Shown here: piece by piece, positions 1 to 9,929 of the stretch
Position numbering within the stretch: the stretch's first letter is position 1
Layout: every line of letters begins with the position of its first letter
NCBI GenBank assembly: GCA_963786935.1
Contig: CAWBAN010000001.1
Coordinates: 608,001 to 672,000, forward strand
Direction of reading: 5' to 3'
Length of the DNA stretch: 64,000 nt
Source of the DNA: an uncultured bacterium
Lineage (GTDB): Bacteria > Krumholzibacteriota > Krumholzibacteriia > Krumholzibacteriales > Krumholzibacteriaceae
Notes under the pieces: generated by a model
The model's input: the letters and a program-made list of their open reading frames with translations, nothing else
The model's database searches: none
Told to the model about the DNA's origin: nothing
Position numbers and translations under genes: made by a program

Positions 1-1
1 C

Positions 2-61
2 GGCGAGGAGCTCTCCCTCGAGGGCACGCGCATCCACATATCGCTCATCGAGAAATTCTGA
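2..61 (+). CDS. 3' end of an upstream CDS (partial, product unknown)
   Basis: Open frame GEELSLEGTRIHISLIEKF* with genome-typical codons, ending in TGA at 59-61. Confidence 0.5.
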   Translation, partial: GEELSLEGTRIHISLIEKF

Positions 62-69
62 GCCCGCGA

Positions 70-98
70 TTGACGGGCCCTCCCGGCGAATGTATAAT
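70..98 (+). promoter_or_regulatory. sigma70-type promoter for thiC
   Basis: TTGACG (70-75), 17-nt spacer, TATAAT (93-98); about 30 nt before the GTG start. Confidence 0.75.
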
Positions 99-130
99 AC
101 ATCGATTGCACACCGGGAAAGGGGAGCGAT

Positions 131-1423
131 GTGACCGAATTTCAACGCGCTTTGAAGGGTGAGACAACGGCCGCGCTCCGGACGGTCGCCGAGAGCGAGC
201 GTATCGAGCCCGAGGCGCTCCGGCGCCTCGTGGCCGAAGGAAGGGCCGTCATCACGGGCACGGCCCGGAAGCACTGCCGCCCGATCGGCATCGGCGAGGG
301 GCTCCGGACGAAGGTCAACGCGAACATCGGGACGAGCCCCGCGCACGACGATCCCGGCGTCGAGCTCGAGAAGCTCCGTGTCATCATCGAGGCGGGGGCC
401 GATGCCGTCATGGATCTCTCGACTGGGGGGGATCTCGACTCGATTCGCCGGACGATCTGCGAGAAATCGACGATCCCGCTCGGGACCGTTCCCATCTATC
501 AGGCCATCGTCGAGGCGACGCGGGCGGGGAAAGAGATCCCGGACACGGAAACGGAGCGCTTCTTCGAGGTCGTCGAACGGCACGCGCGGGACGGCGTCGA
601 TTTCATGACGATACACTGCGGCCTCGTCAAACGGCTCGCCGAGGCGGTCGCCTCGACGCGGGTCGCCGGCGTCGTGAGCCGCGGCGGGTGTTTTCTCCTC
701 CAGTGGATGATTTCGAACAACAAGGAAAATCCGTACTACGAGCATTACGACCGGCTCCTCGATATCGCCGCGAAGTACGACTTCGCGCTCAGTCTCGGCG
801 ACGGGCTCAGGCCCGGCGCCATCGCGGACGCGACCGACGCCGCGCAGATGGGCGAGCTGCTCGTGATCGGCGAGCTCGTCGATCGGGCGCGCGCGCGCGG
901 CGTGAGCGTGTTCGTCGAGGGACCGGGGCATGTGCCGCTCCAGGACATTCCGTCGCAGATGATCATGCAGAAGCGGATCTGCAAGGGCGCGCCGTTCTAC
1001 GTCCTCGGGCCGCTCGTCACGGACGTCGCTCCCGGCTACGATCATATCACGAGCGCGATCGGGGGCGCGGTCGCCGCGCAGCACGGCGCCGATTTCCTCT
1101 GCTACGTCACGCCGGCCGAGCACCTGCGGCTCCCCTCGATCGAGGACGCCCGCGCGGGAGTCATCGCCGCCCGGATCGCCGCGCACGCCGGCGACATCGC
1201 GAAGGGGCTGCCCGGCGCCGCCGACTGGGATCTCGCGGTCTCGCGCGCCCGCGCGGAGCTCGACTGGGACGGCGCGCTTTCGAAGAGCATCGATCCCGCG
1301 ACCGCGCGCGGCATGTTCGATCCCATCTCGGGAGATTCGCAGAAGCTCTGCTCGATGTGCGGAATCTACTGCGCGATCCGGGGCACGCAGCGGAGCAGGG
1401 ACGGCCGGAAGCGGCAGGAGTAG
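131..1423 (+). CDS. thiC: Phosphomethylpyrimidine synthase (short ThiC family, radical SAM)
   Basis: KVNANIGTS, MDLSTGG, GTVPIYQA, SLGDGLRPG, EGPGHVP, YVTPAEHL motifs and C-terminal CSMCGxxC. Confidence 0.9.
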   Translation: MTEFQRALKGETTAALRTVAESERIEPEALRRLVAEGRAVITGTARKHCRPIGIGEGLRTKVNANIGTSPAHDDPGVELEKLRVIIEAGADAVMDLSTGGDLDSIRRTICEKSTIPLGTVPIYQAIVEATRAGKEIPDTETERFFEVVERHARDGVDFMTIHCGLVKRLAEAVASTRVAGVVSRGGCFLLQWMISNNKENPYYEHYDRLLDIAAKYDFALSLGDGLRPGAIADATDAAQMGELLVIGELVDRARARGVSVFVEGPGHVPLQDIPSQMIMQKRICKGAPFYVLGPLVTDVAPGYDHITSAIGGAVAAQHGADFLCYVTPAEHLRLPSIEDARAGVIAARIAAHAGDIAKGLPGAADWDLAVSRARAELDWDGALSKSIDPATARGMFDPISGDSQKLCSMCGIYCAIRGTQRSRDGRKRQE

Positions 1424-1427
1424 CGGG

Positions 1428-3782
1428 ATGTCCGGCTCTCCTCGCACGCGAGCGGCGCATCGCCGCGGCCGGGAGCGACGCTCGCCGGCGCTCGAGGCGC
1501 TCGGCGCCCTCCTCGAAGCTCACGGATTCAGCCTGATCATGCAGGGATCTTCGGCCGGCGACGAGCACGCCGCTTCCCGCATCGCGCTCGGCGCCGTCCC
1601 GCCGGCGTACCTCGTCGCGCTCGCGGAGGCGTCCGGCAGCGAAGCGCTCCCCCTGATCCGGCGCGCCGCCGCGATCGCCGAGGAGCGGCTCGCCTCCTCG
1701 GGAAGCGGCGCCGGAGCCGCGGCGGCGGGGGCCCCGCGGTGCGGCGCCGGCCCGATCGGTCTCGACGACGCGTTCTCGCTCGTGTTCGCTTCGCTCGGAG
1801 AGGAGCGCGCGGGGCAGCTCGAGATGGGGCGCGCCGTGGGAAAGGTCCTCGCCGAGGGAGGAGTGGCGCTCCTCGAAGCCGGCACGGGCACGGGAAAATC
1901 GCTCGGCTACCTCATCCCCGCCGTCCTCCATTCCCTCGAAACGGGGGAGCGGGTCGTCGTGTCGACCCATACGAGGAATCTGCAGGATCAGCTGTTCCGC
2001 AAGGAGACGGCCGTCCTCGAAGCGGCGCTCGGCGTCGACGCGAACGCGGCGAGGCTCCTGGGCCGCGAAAACTATCTCTGCACGAAGCGCGTGATCTCCC
2101 GCGCCGCCGCGCTCGACGCGCAGTCGCGCGGCGCCGCGCTGGCCTTCGCCCTGTTCGTCTCCCTCGCCGAAGGAGGGACGCTCGAGTCGCTCGGAGCGCT
2201 CGCGGGAAGCGCGGAGGCGAGGGCGCTCGCGGCGCCCGCCCGCTGCCCGATGAACGCGTGCACCTTCGCGGTGCGATGCCCGCTCGTCAGGGCGCGCGCG
2301 CTCGCGCGCGAGGCGAGGATCCTCTTCGTGAACCACGCGCTCCTGCTCACCGATTACCGGCAGGGGGGCTCCGTGCTCGGTCCGTACGCGCGGGTCGTTT
2401 TCGACGAGGCGCACCATCTGGAGAAGTGCGTCATCGAGAATCTGTCGGTGAAAGCGTCCCGCGACGACGTCCGGCGCATTCTCGAGCCGCTCGCGCCGGG
2501 GGAGGCGGGAGGGGACGCATGGAAGCTCCTCTCGCACGAGCTCGAATCATCGCTCGCCCCGGGGAGCTGGAGATCGCTCCGGAGGGACCTCGGAAGGGCC
2601 GCGCGCGATCTCGATCGGTCGTACGCGGAACTCTTCGCCGGAGTCCCGAGCTTTCGAGGCCGCGAGAGGCCCGCGCAATCGACGAGAACTCGCTATCTCG
2701 ACGGGAGCGAGACCTTTGCGGACGCACGCGAGCTTCTTGCATCTATTTATTATAATATCAATAAGATAATTGAATTACTTAAACCAATAAATGATGTCGC
2801 TTTGTCCCGTGATCTCGAGCCGGTGCAGCAGGAGATGAGCCTCGCGAGCGATGAGCTCGCCACGCTCGCGGAAAGCCTGCGCTTCCTGTCGAGCGGGGGC
2901 GGGGAGGACTCCGTCTTCTGGCTCGACTGGGGCGCCGACGGCTCGCTCAGGGAGATATGCGGATCACCGCTCGCCGTGGACCGCCCGTTCGCCGATTATC
3001 TCGACGAGGTGCTGGGTTCGGCAGTGTTCACCTCGGCGACGCTGTCGCAGAACGGCAGCTTCGCGCTGCTGCGGGAGCGGCTCGGCCTGCGGTTCCTCCC
3101 GGCGAGGCCGCTCGAGCTCGTCATCCCGTCGCCGTTTCCGTTCGACGAGAACTGTCTCGTCCTCGTCGTCGCGGGGCTCGGCGATCCGAATGACGACGGC
3201 TTCGCGGCGCCCGTGTCGGATCTCGTTTCCGGGCTCGCCGCCGCGATCGGGCGCCGGACGATGGTGCTCTTCACCTCGTACCGCCTCTGCCGCTCCGTCG
3301 CGGAGAAGCTCGCGAAAAACGGGATCGATCGCCCCGTCCTCGTGCAGGGAGCGGGAGAGAGCAGACAGGCGCTCTCGGGGAAAATGCGGCGGCACGAAGG
3401 GAGTGTTCTCCTCGGCGTGGCGAGCTTCTGGGAGGGGGTCGATTTTCCCGGGGAGGAGCTCGAGGTGCTCGTCATACCGAAGATCCCGTTTCCGGTTCCG
3501 GCGGAGCCGATCGTCGAAGCCCGGTCGCAGCGGCTCTCCTCCCTCGGCGAGGATCCGTTCGAGAAGCTCTTTCTGCCCGAGGCGATCCTGCGCATGCGGC
3601 AGGGAGCGGGCCGCCTCATCAGGCGCATGGACGACCGCGGCGTCATCGTGATTCTCGACTCGCGCCTCGGGTTCAGGCCGTACGCGGAGACGATTCTCGC
3701 TTCGCTCCCCTCGAAGAACATCGAGCACGTCGCTCCCGACGATGTCGTCGAACGCGCGGCGCGCTGGTTCGCCGGGGCCTGA
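1428..3782 (+). CDS. DinG/YoaA-family ATP-dependent helicase
   Basis: EAGTGTGKS Walker A, four Fe-S Cys, VNHALL, FDEAHH, FTSATL, SFWEGVDFPG, QGAGRLIR. Confidence 0.9.
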   Translation: MSGSPRTRAAHRRGRERRSPALEALGALLEAHGFSLIMQGSSAGDEHAASRIALGAVPPAYLVALAEASGSEALPLIRRAAAIAEERLASSGSGAGAAAAGAPRCGAGPIGLDDAFSLVFASLGEERAGQLEMGRAVGKVLAEGGVALLEAGTGTGKSLGYLIPAVLHSLETGERVVVSTHTRNLQDQLFRKETAVLEAALGVDANAARLLGRENYLCTKRVISRAAALDAQSRGAALAFALFVSLAEGGTLESLGALAGSAEARALAAPARCPMNACTFAVRCPLVRARALAREARILFVNHALLLTDYRQGGSVLGPYARVVFDEAHHLEKCVIENLSVKASRDDVRRILEPLAPGEAGGDAWKLLSHELESSLAPGSWRSLRRDLGRAARDLDRSYAELFAGVPSFRGRERPAQSTRTRYLDGSETFADARELLASIYYNINKIIELLKPINDVALSRDLEPVQQEMSLASDELATLAESLRFLSSGGGEDSVFWLDWGADGSLREICGSPLAVDRPFADYLDEVLGSAVFTSATLSQNGSFALLRERLGLRFLPARPLELVIPSPFPFDENCLVLVVAGLGDPNDDGFAAPVSDLVSGLAAAIGRRTMVLFTSYRLCRSVAEKLAKNGIDRPVLVQGAGESRQALSGKMRRHEGSVLLGVASFWEGVDFPGEELEVLVIPKIPFPVPAEPIVEARSQRLSSLGEDPFEKLFLPEAILRMRQGAGRLIRRMDDRGVIVILDSRLGFRPYAETILASLPSKNIEHVAPDDVVERAARWFAGA

Positions 3783-3863
3783 AAGGGCGCTTTGGAGTTG
3801 CCCGGACGGCGCGAAAGCCGTATCGTCAAACTATCATCCATGGATTCCGGAGGTGAAGCTGCT

Positions 3864-5519
3864 ATGGAAAAGCGCACGATCAGGGCGCCGCGGGGGACGG
3901 CGATCAGCTGCAAGAGCTGGTTCACGGAGGCGCCACTCCGCATGCTCATGAACAATCTCGATCCCGAAGTCGGGGAGCGCCCCGAGGATCTCGTCGTCTA
4001 CGGAGGACGCGGCAAGGCCGCCCGGAACTGGGAGTGCTACGACGCGATCGTGACGACGCTCCGCGGCCTCGAGTCGGACGAGACGCTCCTCGTCCAGTCG
4101 GGCAAGCCGGTGGCCGTTTTCAAGACCCACGAGGACGCCCCCCGCGTGCTCATCGCCAATTCGCTTCTCGTTCCCCGGTGGGCGACATGGGAGACATTCT
4201 GGGAGCTCGAGGCGAAAGGGCTCACGATGTACGGGCAGATGACGGCCGGCTCGTGGATGTACATCGGCACGCAGGGCATTCTCCAGGGAACGTTCGAGAC
4301 CTTCGCCGAGTGCGCGCGCCAGCGCTTCGGGGGAACCCTGGCCGGCAGGCTCGTGCTCACCGCCGGGCTCGGCGGCATGGGCGGGGCGCAGCCGCTTTCC
4401 GTCACGATGAACGGCGGGGTCTGTCTCGCCGTCGAGGTGGACGCGTCCCGGATCAAGCGGAGAATCGAGACGCGTTACTGCGACGAGATGGAGTCCGACC
4501 TCGACCGGGCGCTCGAGAAGGCGCGGCGGGCGATGAAGGAGAAGCGCCCCTATTCGATCGGGCTCCACGCGAACGCGGCCGACGTCTTCCCCGAGCTCGC
4601 GCGCCGCGGCGTCGTTCCGGACGTCGTGACCGACCAGACCTCCGCGCACGACGCCCTCAACGGGTACATCCCGCGCGGCTACGACGTGAAGCAGGCCGCC
4701 GATCTCCGCCGCTCGAATCCCGACCGGTACATCAAGGAAGCGATCGAATCGATGGTCATGCATGTGCGGGCGATGATCGATCTGCAGGAGCAAGGAGCGG
4801 TCGTCTTCGATTACGGCAACAACATCCGTGGCCAGGCCGAGAAGGGCGGGCTTACGAACGCGTTCGCCTTTCCCGGCTTCGTGCCCGCGTTCATCAGGCC
4901 CATGTTCTGCACGGGAAAAGGGCCGTTCCGGTGGATCGCGCTCTCCGGGGACGTGAAGGACATCCATCGGACCGACGACCTCGTTCTCGAGATGTTTCCC
5001 GAAAACGAATCGCTCTGCCGGTGGATCGCGCTCGCCCGCGAAAAGGTTGCGTTTCAGGGGCTGCCGGCCCGCATCTGCTGGCTCGGCTACGGCGAGCGGG
5101 AGCGTTTCGGGCTCGCCATGAACGAGCTCGTCGCCACGGGGGAGATCTCGGCCCCCATCGTCATCGGTCGGGACCATCTCGATTCCGGTTCGGTCGCCTC
5201 GCCGTTCCGCGAAACCGAGGCGATGCGCGACGGGAGCGACGCGATCGCCGATTGGCCGATCCTGAACGCCCTGCTCAACGCTTCGTGCGGAGCGGCGTGG
5301 GTCTCGGTGCACCACGGGGGAGGGGTCGGGATGGGGCTCTCCATCCACGCGGGGCTCGGCGTCGTGGCCGACGGAACGGCGCGGGGACGCGACAAATTGG
5401 CCCGCTGCCTACGGTGCGACCCTGGCACAGGGATTGCAAGACATGCGGATGCCGGATACGAGATAGCCGTTGAAAAGGCGAAAGATGCAGGGCTTCACAT
5501 ACCAATGCTGAAGAAATGA
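3864..5519 (+). CDS. hutU: Urocanate hydratase
   Basis: [51 protein letters not shown] at 3864 follows a GGAGG SD. Confidence 0.97.
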   Translation: MEKRTIRAPRGTAISCKSWFTEAPLRMLMNNLDPEVGERPEDLVVYGGRGKAARNWECYDAIVTTLRGLESDETLLVQSGKPVAVFKTHEDAPRVLIANSLLVPRWATWETFWELEAKGLTMYGQMTAGSWMYIGTQGILQGTFETFAECARQRFGGTLAGRLVLTAGLGGMGGAQPLSVTMNGGVCLAVEVDASRIKRRIETRYCDEMESDLDRALEKARRAMKEKRPYSIGLHANAADVFPELARRGVVPDVVTDQTSAHDALNGYIPRGYDVKQAADLRRSNPDRYIKEAIESMVMHVRAMIDLQEQGAVVFDYGNNIRGQAEKGGLTNAFAFPGFVPAFIRPMFCTGKGPFRWIALSGDVKDIHRTDDLVLEMFPENESLCRWIALAREKVAFQGLPARICWLGYGERERFGLAMNELVATGEISAPIVIGRDHLDSGSVASPFRETEAMRDGSDAIADWPILNALLNASCGAAWVSVHHGGGVGMGLSIHAGLGVVADGTARGRDKLARCLRCDPGTGIARHADAGYEIAVEKAKDAGLHIPMLKK

Positions 5520-5628
5520 AGCCTCATTCGGACGGGCATCCGTAAACGTCTTTTTACGAGTTTGCGACTGTAAGTGTGCATTTTGAGCAGAGCTTGCAGG
5601 CTGGCTCTTTGAATAGAAGGAGTGGCGC

Positions 5629-6927
5629 TTGCCTCAGACCGTGGATCTGCTGCTTTGCGGCGCCGGACAGCTCGTGACCTGCGGCGGCTCCCCAAAGGGA
5701 CCGAAGCGTGGCAGAAATTTGTCCGATCCGGGTATCGTTTCCGACGGGGCGATCGCCGTCTCCGGCGGGAAAATCGCCGGCGTGGGCGCGCGCGCCGAGG
5801 TCGAGAAATGGATCGGTGGCGCTTCCGTCGCCCGGACGATCGACGCCGGCGGGCGCGTCGTGCTCCCCGGCTGGGTCGATCCCCATACGCACGCCGTTTT
5901 CTCGCGCTATCGCGCCGACGAGTACGAGGCGCGCATCCGCGGGGAAGGCTACCTCGAGATCGAGCGCCGCGGGGGCGGGATCAGGAGGACGGTTCGCGAG
6001 GTGAGGGAAATGAGCGAGGAGCGCCTCTTCGAGGTGAGCCGCAGGCGGCTCGCCAAGATGCTCGAGGGAGGGACGACGACCATCGAGATCAAGAGCGGAT
6101 ACGGGCTCGATCTCGCCTCGGAGCTCAAGATGCTCCGCGTTATCGCGCGCCTCGCGCAGGAGACGCCGCTCGATGTCGCGGCGACCTTCATGGGCGCGCA
6201 CCAGCGGGCTCCCGAGTTCGACGACACCGCCGCCTACGTGCGGGTCGTGATCGACGAGATGATTCCCGCCGTCGCGCGGGAACGGCTCGCCGAGTTCGTC
6301 GACGTGTTCTGCGAGAAGGGGGTCTTCGGCATCGAGGAGACGCGTGAAATTCTCGAAGCGGCGCGATCCGCCGGCTTCGCTCTGAAGGTGCACGCGGACG
6401 AGATCACCCCGATGGGGGGCGCGGAGCTCGCCGCGTGCATGGGGGCGATCTCCGCCGAGCACCTCACGAAGATATCCGCCGCCGGCATCCGCGCGCTCGC
6501 CGGGTCGGACACGATCGCCGTGCTGCTGCCGAGCACGACCTTCGCGCTCGGCTCGCGGGATTACGCGCCGGCGAGGGAAATGATCGAGCGCGGTGTTGCC
6601 GTCGCGCTCGCGACCGATTTCAATCCGGGGAGCTCTCCCTCGTGCTCCATGCCGTTCGCCGTCGCCGTCGCCTGTTCCCAGATGCGGATGACGCCGGCCG
6701 AGGCGATCAACGCGGCGACGGTCAACGCGGCCTGCGCCGTCGGGAGGGGAGACCGTGCCGGTTCCCTCGAGAAGGGGAAGAACGCCGATTTCGTCGTGTA
6801 CGACGTCGAGGATTACCGCGAGATACCGTCGCGGGCGGGCGCGGACCACGCGGTCGCCGTCGTCAAGAAGGGCGCCGTCGTCCGGGAACGCCCCGCGTTC
6901 GAGCGCGCAAGCGAGGTCGGATTTTGA
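5629..6927 (+). CDS. hutI: Imidazolonepropionase
   Basis: PGWVDPHTH, EIKSGYGL, DVFCE, HADE, ATDFNPG; directly after hutU; AAGGAG SD. Confidence 0.95.
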   Translation: MPQTVDLLLCGAGQLVTCGGSPKGPKRGRNLSDPGIVSDGAIAVSGGKIAGVGARAEVEKWIGGASVARTIDAGGRVVLPGWVDPHTHAVFSRYRADEYEARIRGEGYLEIERRGGGIRRTVREVREMSEERLFEVSRRRLAKMLEGGTTTIEIKSGYGLDLASELKMLRVIARLAQETPLDVAATFMGAHQRAPEFDDTAAYVRVVIDEMIPAVARERLAEFVDVFCEKGVFGIEETREILEAARSAGFALKVHADEITPMGGAELAACMGAISAEHLTKISAAGIRALAGSDTIAVLLPSTTFALGSRDYAPAREMIERGVAVALATDFNPGSSPSCSMPFAVAVACSQMRMTPAEAINAATVNAACAVGRGDRAGSLEKGKNADFVVYDVEDYREIPSRAGADHAVAVVKKGAVVRERPAFERASEVGF

Positions 6928-8420
6928 GCAAGGCGAACCAGATACGCCAGAAGGCGCAGGAATTCCTGAGCAAGGGCCAGGTCGAAAAGGCCATTCAGGA
7001 ATACCGCCGCCTCCTCACGCTCGAATCGAAGAACCCGAATCTCTACAACGAGCTCGGAGACATCCTGCTGCGGGCCAGCGACAAGGCGCAGGCGGTGCAG
7101 AATTTCGAAAAGGCGGCGGCGATATACGAGAAGGTCGCGCTCTACAACAACGCCGTCGCCGTGTGCAAGAAGATCCTGCGGGTCGATCCCGAGAAGATCG
7201 ACACGATGTTCAGGCTCGCCGAGCTCAGGGCGAAGCAGAAGCTCATCGGCGAGGCGGCCTCGTATTTCACGCAATATATCGAGTCCGTCCTCGAGAATCC
7301 GCAGGCGCTGCTCCCGAAGGCGCAGAAGGACGTCGATCTGATGCTCGATCTGATGCCGTCGAACGGCGCCGTTCTCGAGAAATCGATCGAGATCTACGAG
7401 CAGCTCGGCATCAAGCTGAAAACGGCGGAGCTCTGCCGCCGGCTCGCCCTGACGGCGGCGCAGGAGGGAGATTCGAAGAGACAGGCCAAGTACACGCGCA
7501 AGATCGAGGAAATCAAGGCCACGCTGTCTCCCGCGGAGCTCGAAGGTTTGCGGGAGCAGCTGGAAGCCGCCGGGGGAGAGATCCCGGCGATCGCTCCCGG
7601 CGAAGCGGAAGCGGCGCGGCCCGAGGGATCGAATGCTCCCGGCGCCGCCGAAGATGCCGACGGGCGCGCGGCGGTCGCACATGCGGAGGCGGTCCCGTCG
7701 CCCGCGGCCGCGGATGCCGGCGTCGTCGCTCCGGAAGCGGCCGTCGAGGCCGACGGCCCCGCCGACTTCGGCTACCCGTCGGCCGAGAACGAAGCGGTGG
7801 AAGAGGCGGAGATGGTCGCCGCGATGAGCCAGGGACGGGCGCCGTTCGAGCCGGGAGCGGCGTTCGTCGAACGCCGGAAGGGCGCGGCCGAGAAGCCGCC
7901 CTCGATCGTGAACGAGGCTCCCGCCGCGGCGACGGCGCCGGCGAGCCCGAATCCGCCGGCCGACGATTTCGCGCCCATCCCCGACATCGCGCCGGCAGAG
8001 TCGACGCACATCGAAGGCCTCGCCGAGGAGATCACGAGCGACGTCGAGAAGGACGACCTCAGGAGTCACTACGACCTCGGCATGGCGTATCTGGAGATGG
8101 GGCTCTTCAACGAGGCGATCCGCGAATTTCAGAGCGCCTCCCGCGCCGAGGAGTTTCAGGTCAGCAGCATGGAGATGATCGGCTACTGCTTCCTCAAGTG
8201 CAACCAGCCTCGTCTCGCCGTCAAGCAGCTCACGCACGCCCTCCAGATCGTGAAGGCGACGGGGGCGGGGAGCCTCGGCATCCATTACAATCTCGGTCTC
8301 GCCTTCGAGATGCTCGGCGAGCCCGATGCCGCCCGCGAGCATTTTGAGGAAGTCTATATCATGGATATGTCCTTCCGCGACGTCGCCGACAAGATGAAGA
8401 AGCTCAGCGCGGTTTCCTGA
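6924..8420 (+). CDS. Large TPR protein: N-terminal TPRs, acidic Pro/Ala linker, C-terminal TPRs
   Basis: TTG start overlaps the hutI stop; TPR-like helices; C-terminal HYDLGMAYLEMGLFNEAI and HYNLGLAFE. Confidence 0.8.
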   Translation: MSKANQIRQKAQEFLSKGQVEKAIQEYRRLLTLESKNPNLYNELGDILLRASDKAQAVQNFEKAAAIYEKVALYNNAVAVCKKILRVDPEKIDTMFRLAELRAKQKLIGEAASYFTQYIESVLENPQALLPKAQKDVDLMLDLMPSNGAVLEKSIEIYEQLGIKLKTAELCRRLALTAAQEGDSKRQAKYTRKIEEIKATLSPAELEGLREQLEAAGGEIPAIAPGEAEAARPEGSNAPGAAEDADGRAAVAHAEAVPSPAAADAGVVAPEAAVEADGPADFGYPSAENEAVEEAEMVAAMSQGRAPFEPGAAFVERRKGAAEKPPSIVNEAPAAATAPASPNPPADDFAPIPDIAPAESTHIEGLAEEITSDVEKDDLRSHYDLGMAYLEMGLFNEAIREFQSASRAEEFQVSSMEMIGYCFLKCNQPRLAVKQLTHALQIVKATGAGSLGIHYNLGLAFEMLGEPDAAREHFEEVYIMDMSFRDVADKMKKLSAVS

Positions 8421-8431
8421 AGCCGGTTTCG

Positions 8432-9280
8432 ATGGAATCCCAGAAGGCGCCCTGCGATCTCCACCTCCATTCGACATACTCGGACGGAACCATGCCTCCC
8501 GAGGAGCTCGTGAGCTACTCGCACGCGATCGGGCTCTCCGCCGTTTCGATCACGGATCACGACACGGTGAACGGCCAGGCCGAGGCGCTCGACGCGGGAG
8601 CCCGGCTCGGCATCGACATCGTGACGGGAATCGAGTTCAGCATCGAGGAAAACGGGGGGAGCGTGCATATCTTGGGCTACTGCTTCGATCACCGGAATCC
8701 GGCCCTCATGGCGAGCATCGGCGATCTCGCGGCGTCGCGCGTGGCGAGGGCGGAGGCGATCGTGCGCAGGCTCGAGGAGCGGGGGATATCGATTCCGTTC
8801 GACGAGGTGATGGCCGAGGCGGGCGCGGGGAGCGTCGGCAGGCCGCACATCGCCCGCGTGCTCCGGAGACGGGGGCACGTTTCGAGCGTGTCGGAAGCGT
8901 TCTCGCGATTCATCGCCGACGGCGCCCCCTGCCACGTTCCGAAAAAGGTGCTGCCCCGGGGCGAGGTCATGCGGCTCATCGCGGGAGCGGGAGGAGTCGC
9001 CGTGTGGGCCCATCCCGGTTGGAACATCAGGAAGGCGGATCTCGTGGAACGCCTCATCGCCTCGGGCGTGCGCGGCATCGAGGCGTGGCACCCGAATCAC
9101 ACGGAGCGGATGCAGCGGGAGATTCTCGAGCTCGCCCGCTCGCGCGGCCTCGTATGCACCGGCGGTTCGGACTTCCATTTCGTGGAATTGATGGAAGCGG
9201 ATATCGGCGAGATCACGGCTCCCCACGAGAGCGTCGCCGCGCTGCGGAACGCCGCGGCGGAGAAGCCACATTTGGCTTGA
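8432..9280 (+). CDS. PHP-domain metal-dependent phosphoesterase (YciV/TrpH-like)
   Basis: DLHLHSTYSDG, ITDHD, GRPHIA, AHP, GGSDFH motifs. Confidence 0.9.
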   Translation: MESQKAPCDLHLHSTYSDGTMPPEELVSYSHAIGLSAVSITDHDTVNGQAEALDAGARLGIDIVTGIEFSIEENGGSVHILGYCFDHRNPALMASIGDLAASRVARAEAIVRRLEERGISIPFDEVMAEAGAGSVGRPHIARVLRRRGHVSSVSEAFSRFIADGAPCHVPKKVLPRGEVMRLIAGAGGVAVWAHPGWNIRKADLVERLIASGVRGIEAWHPNHTERMQREILELARSRGLVCTGGSDFHFVELMEADIGEITAPHESVAALRNAAAEKPHLA

Positions 9281-9306
9281 CCCTCTTTCCGGCGCTCACG
9301 TACAGT
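9277..9306 (+). promoter_or_regulatory. Putative sigma70 promoter for the S-component/TonB receptor pair
   Basis: TTGACC, 18-nt spacer, TACAGT. Confidence 0.4.
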
Positions 9307-9377
9307 CCCAATCACCGTCAGCGTGGAAACGGTCTTCCGGGCCTCGTCCCGACCTTGTCTTCGGAGCGTCTTCCGGC

Positions 9378-9929
9378 ATGGCACAACGGCGTGAGCGCAC
9401 GATCATCCTTGCCGCTCTTTTCGTCGCCCTGAGCGTCGCGCTCGGCTTTCTCCTCGCCGGCATTCCGAATCTCGAGCTCATGACGCTCACCGTCTTCATG
9501 GCGGGCGACTTCTGCGGAGCGCGCCTCGGGAGCGCGGTCGGCGCGCTTTCCATGCTCATCTTCTCGATGCTCAATCCGCTCGGGCCCGCCCCGGCGCCGC
9601 TCCTGGCGGCGCAGGTTGCCGGATTCGCCCTCATCGGCGCGGGAGGCGGGATCGTCGGGCCGCGCCTCGCGCCGCGCGGCGCGCCCGGCGCGGCGGCCGC
9701 GGCCGCCGCGGGATTCGTCCTGACCGTCGCGTACGACGCGCTCACGACGGCGGCGACCGCGTTCATCGCCCTCGGGGCATCGCGCTTCGTGGAGGGGCTC
9801 GGAGGCGTGGCGCTCGCGGGCGTCGCGTTCGTCGCGTGGCACGTGGGCGTCAACACGGCCGTTTTCGCCGTCGCGGTGCCGCCGCTCGCGCGGTCGGTGC
9901 GCGCCTGGCAGGGAGGCGATCCCGCATGA
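9378..9929 (+). CDS. ECF transporter S-component (CbrT-like)
   Basis: 183-aa very hydrophobic protein; N-terminal AxxxA helix (LAALFVALS) followed by IPNLELMT, as in ECF substrate-binding components. Confidence 0.7.
   Translation: MAQRRERTIILAALFVALSVALGFLLAGIPNLELMTLTVFMAGDFCGARLGSAVGALSMLIFSMLNPLGPAPAPLLAAQVAGFALIGAGGGIVGPRLAPRGAPGAAAAAAAGFVLTVAYDALTTAATAFIALGASRFVEGLGGVALAGVAFVAWHVGVNTAVFAVAVPPLARSVRAWQGGDPA

Noticed and set aside
9307..9377. Cobalamin riboswitch before the S-component
   Set aside because: Too short and lacks the B12-box and other conserved elements; only a small ACCGT/ACGGT hairpin.
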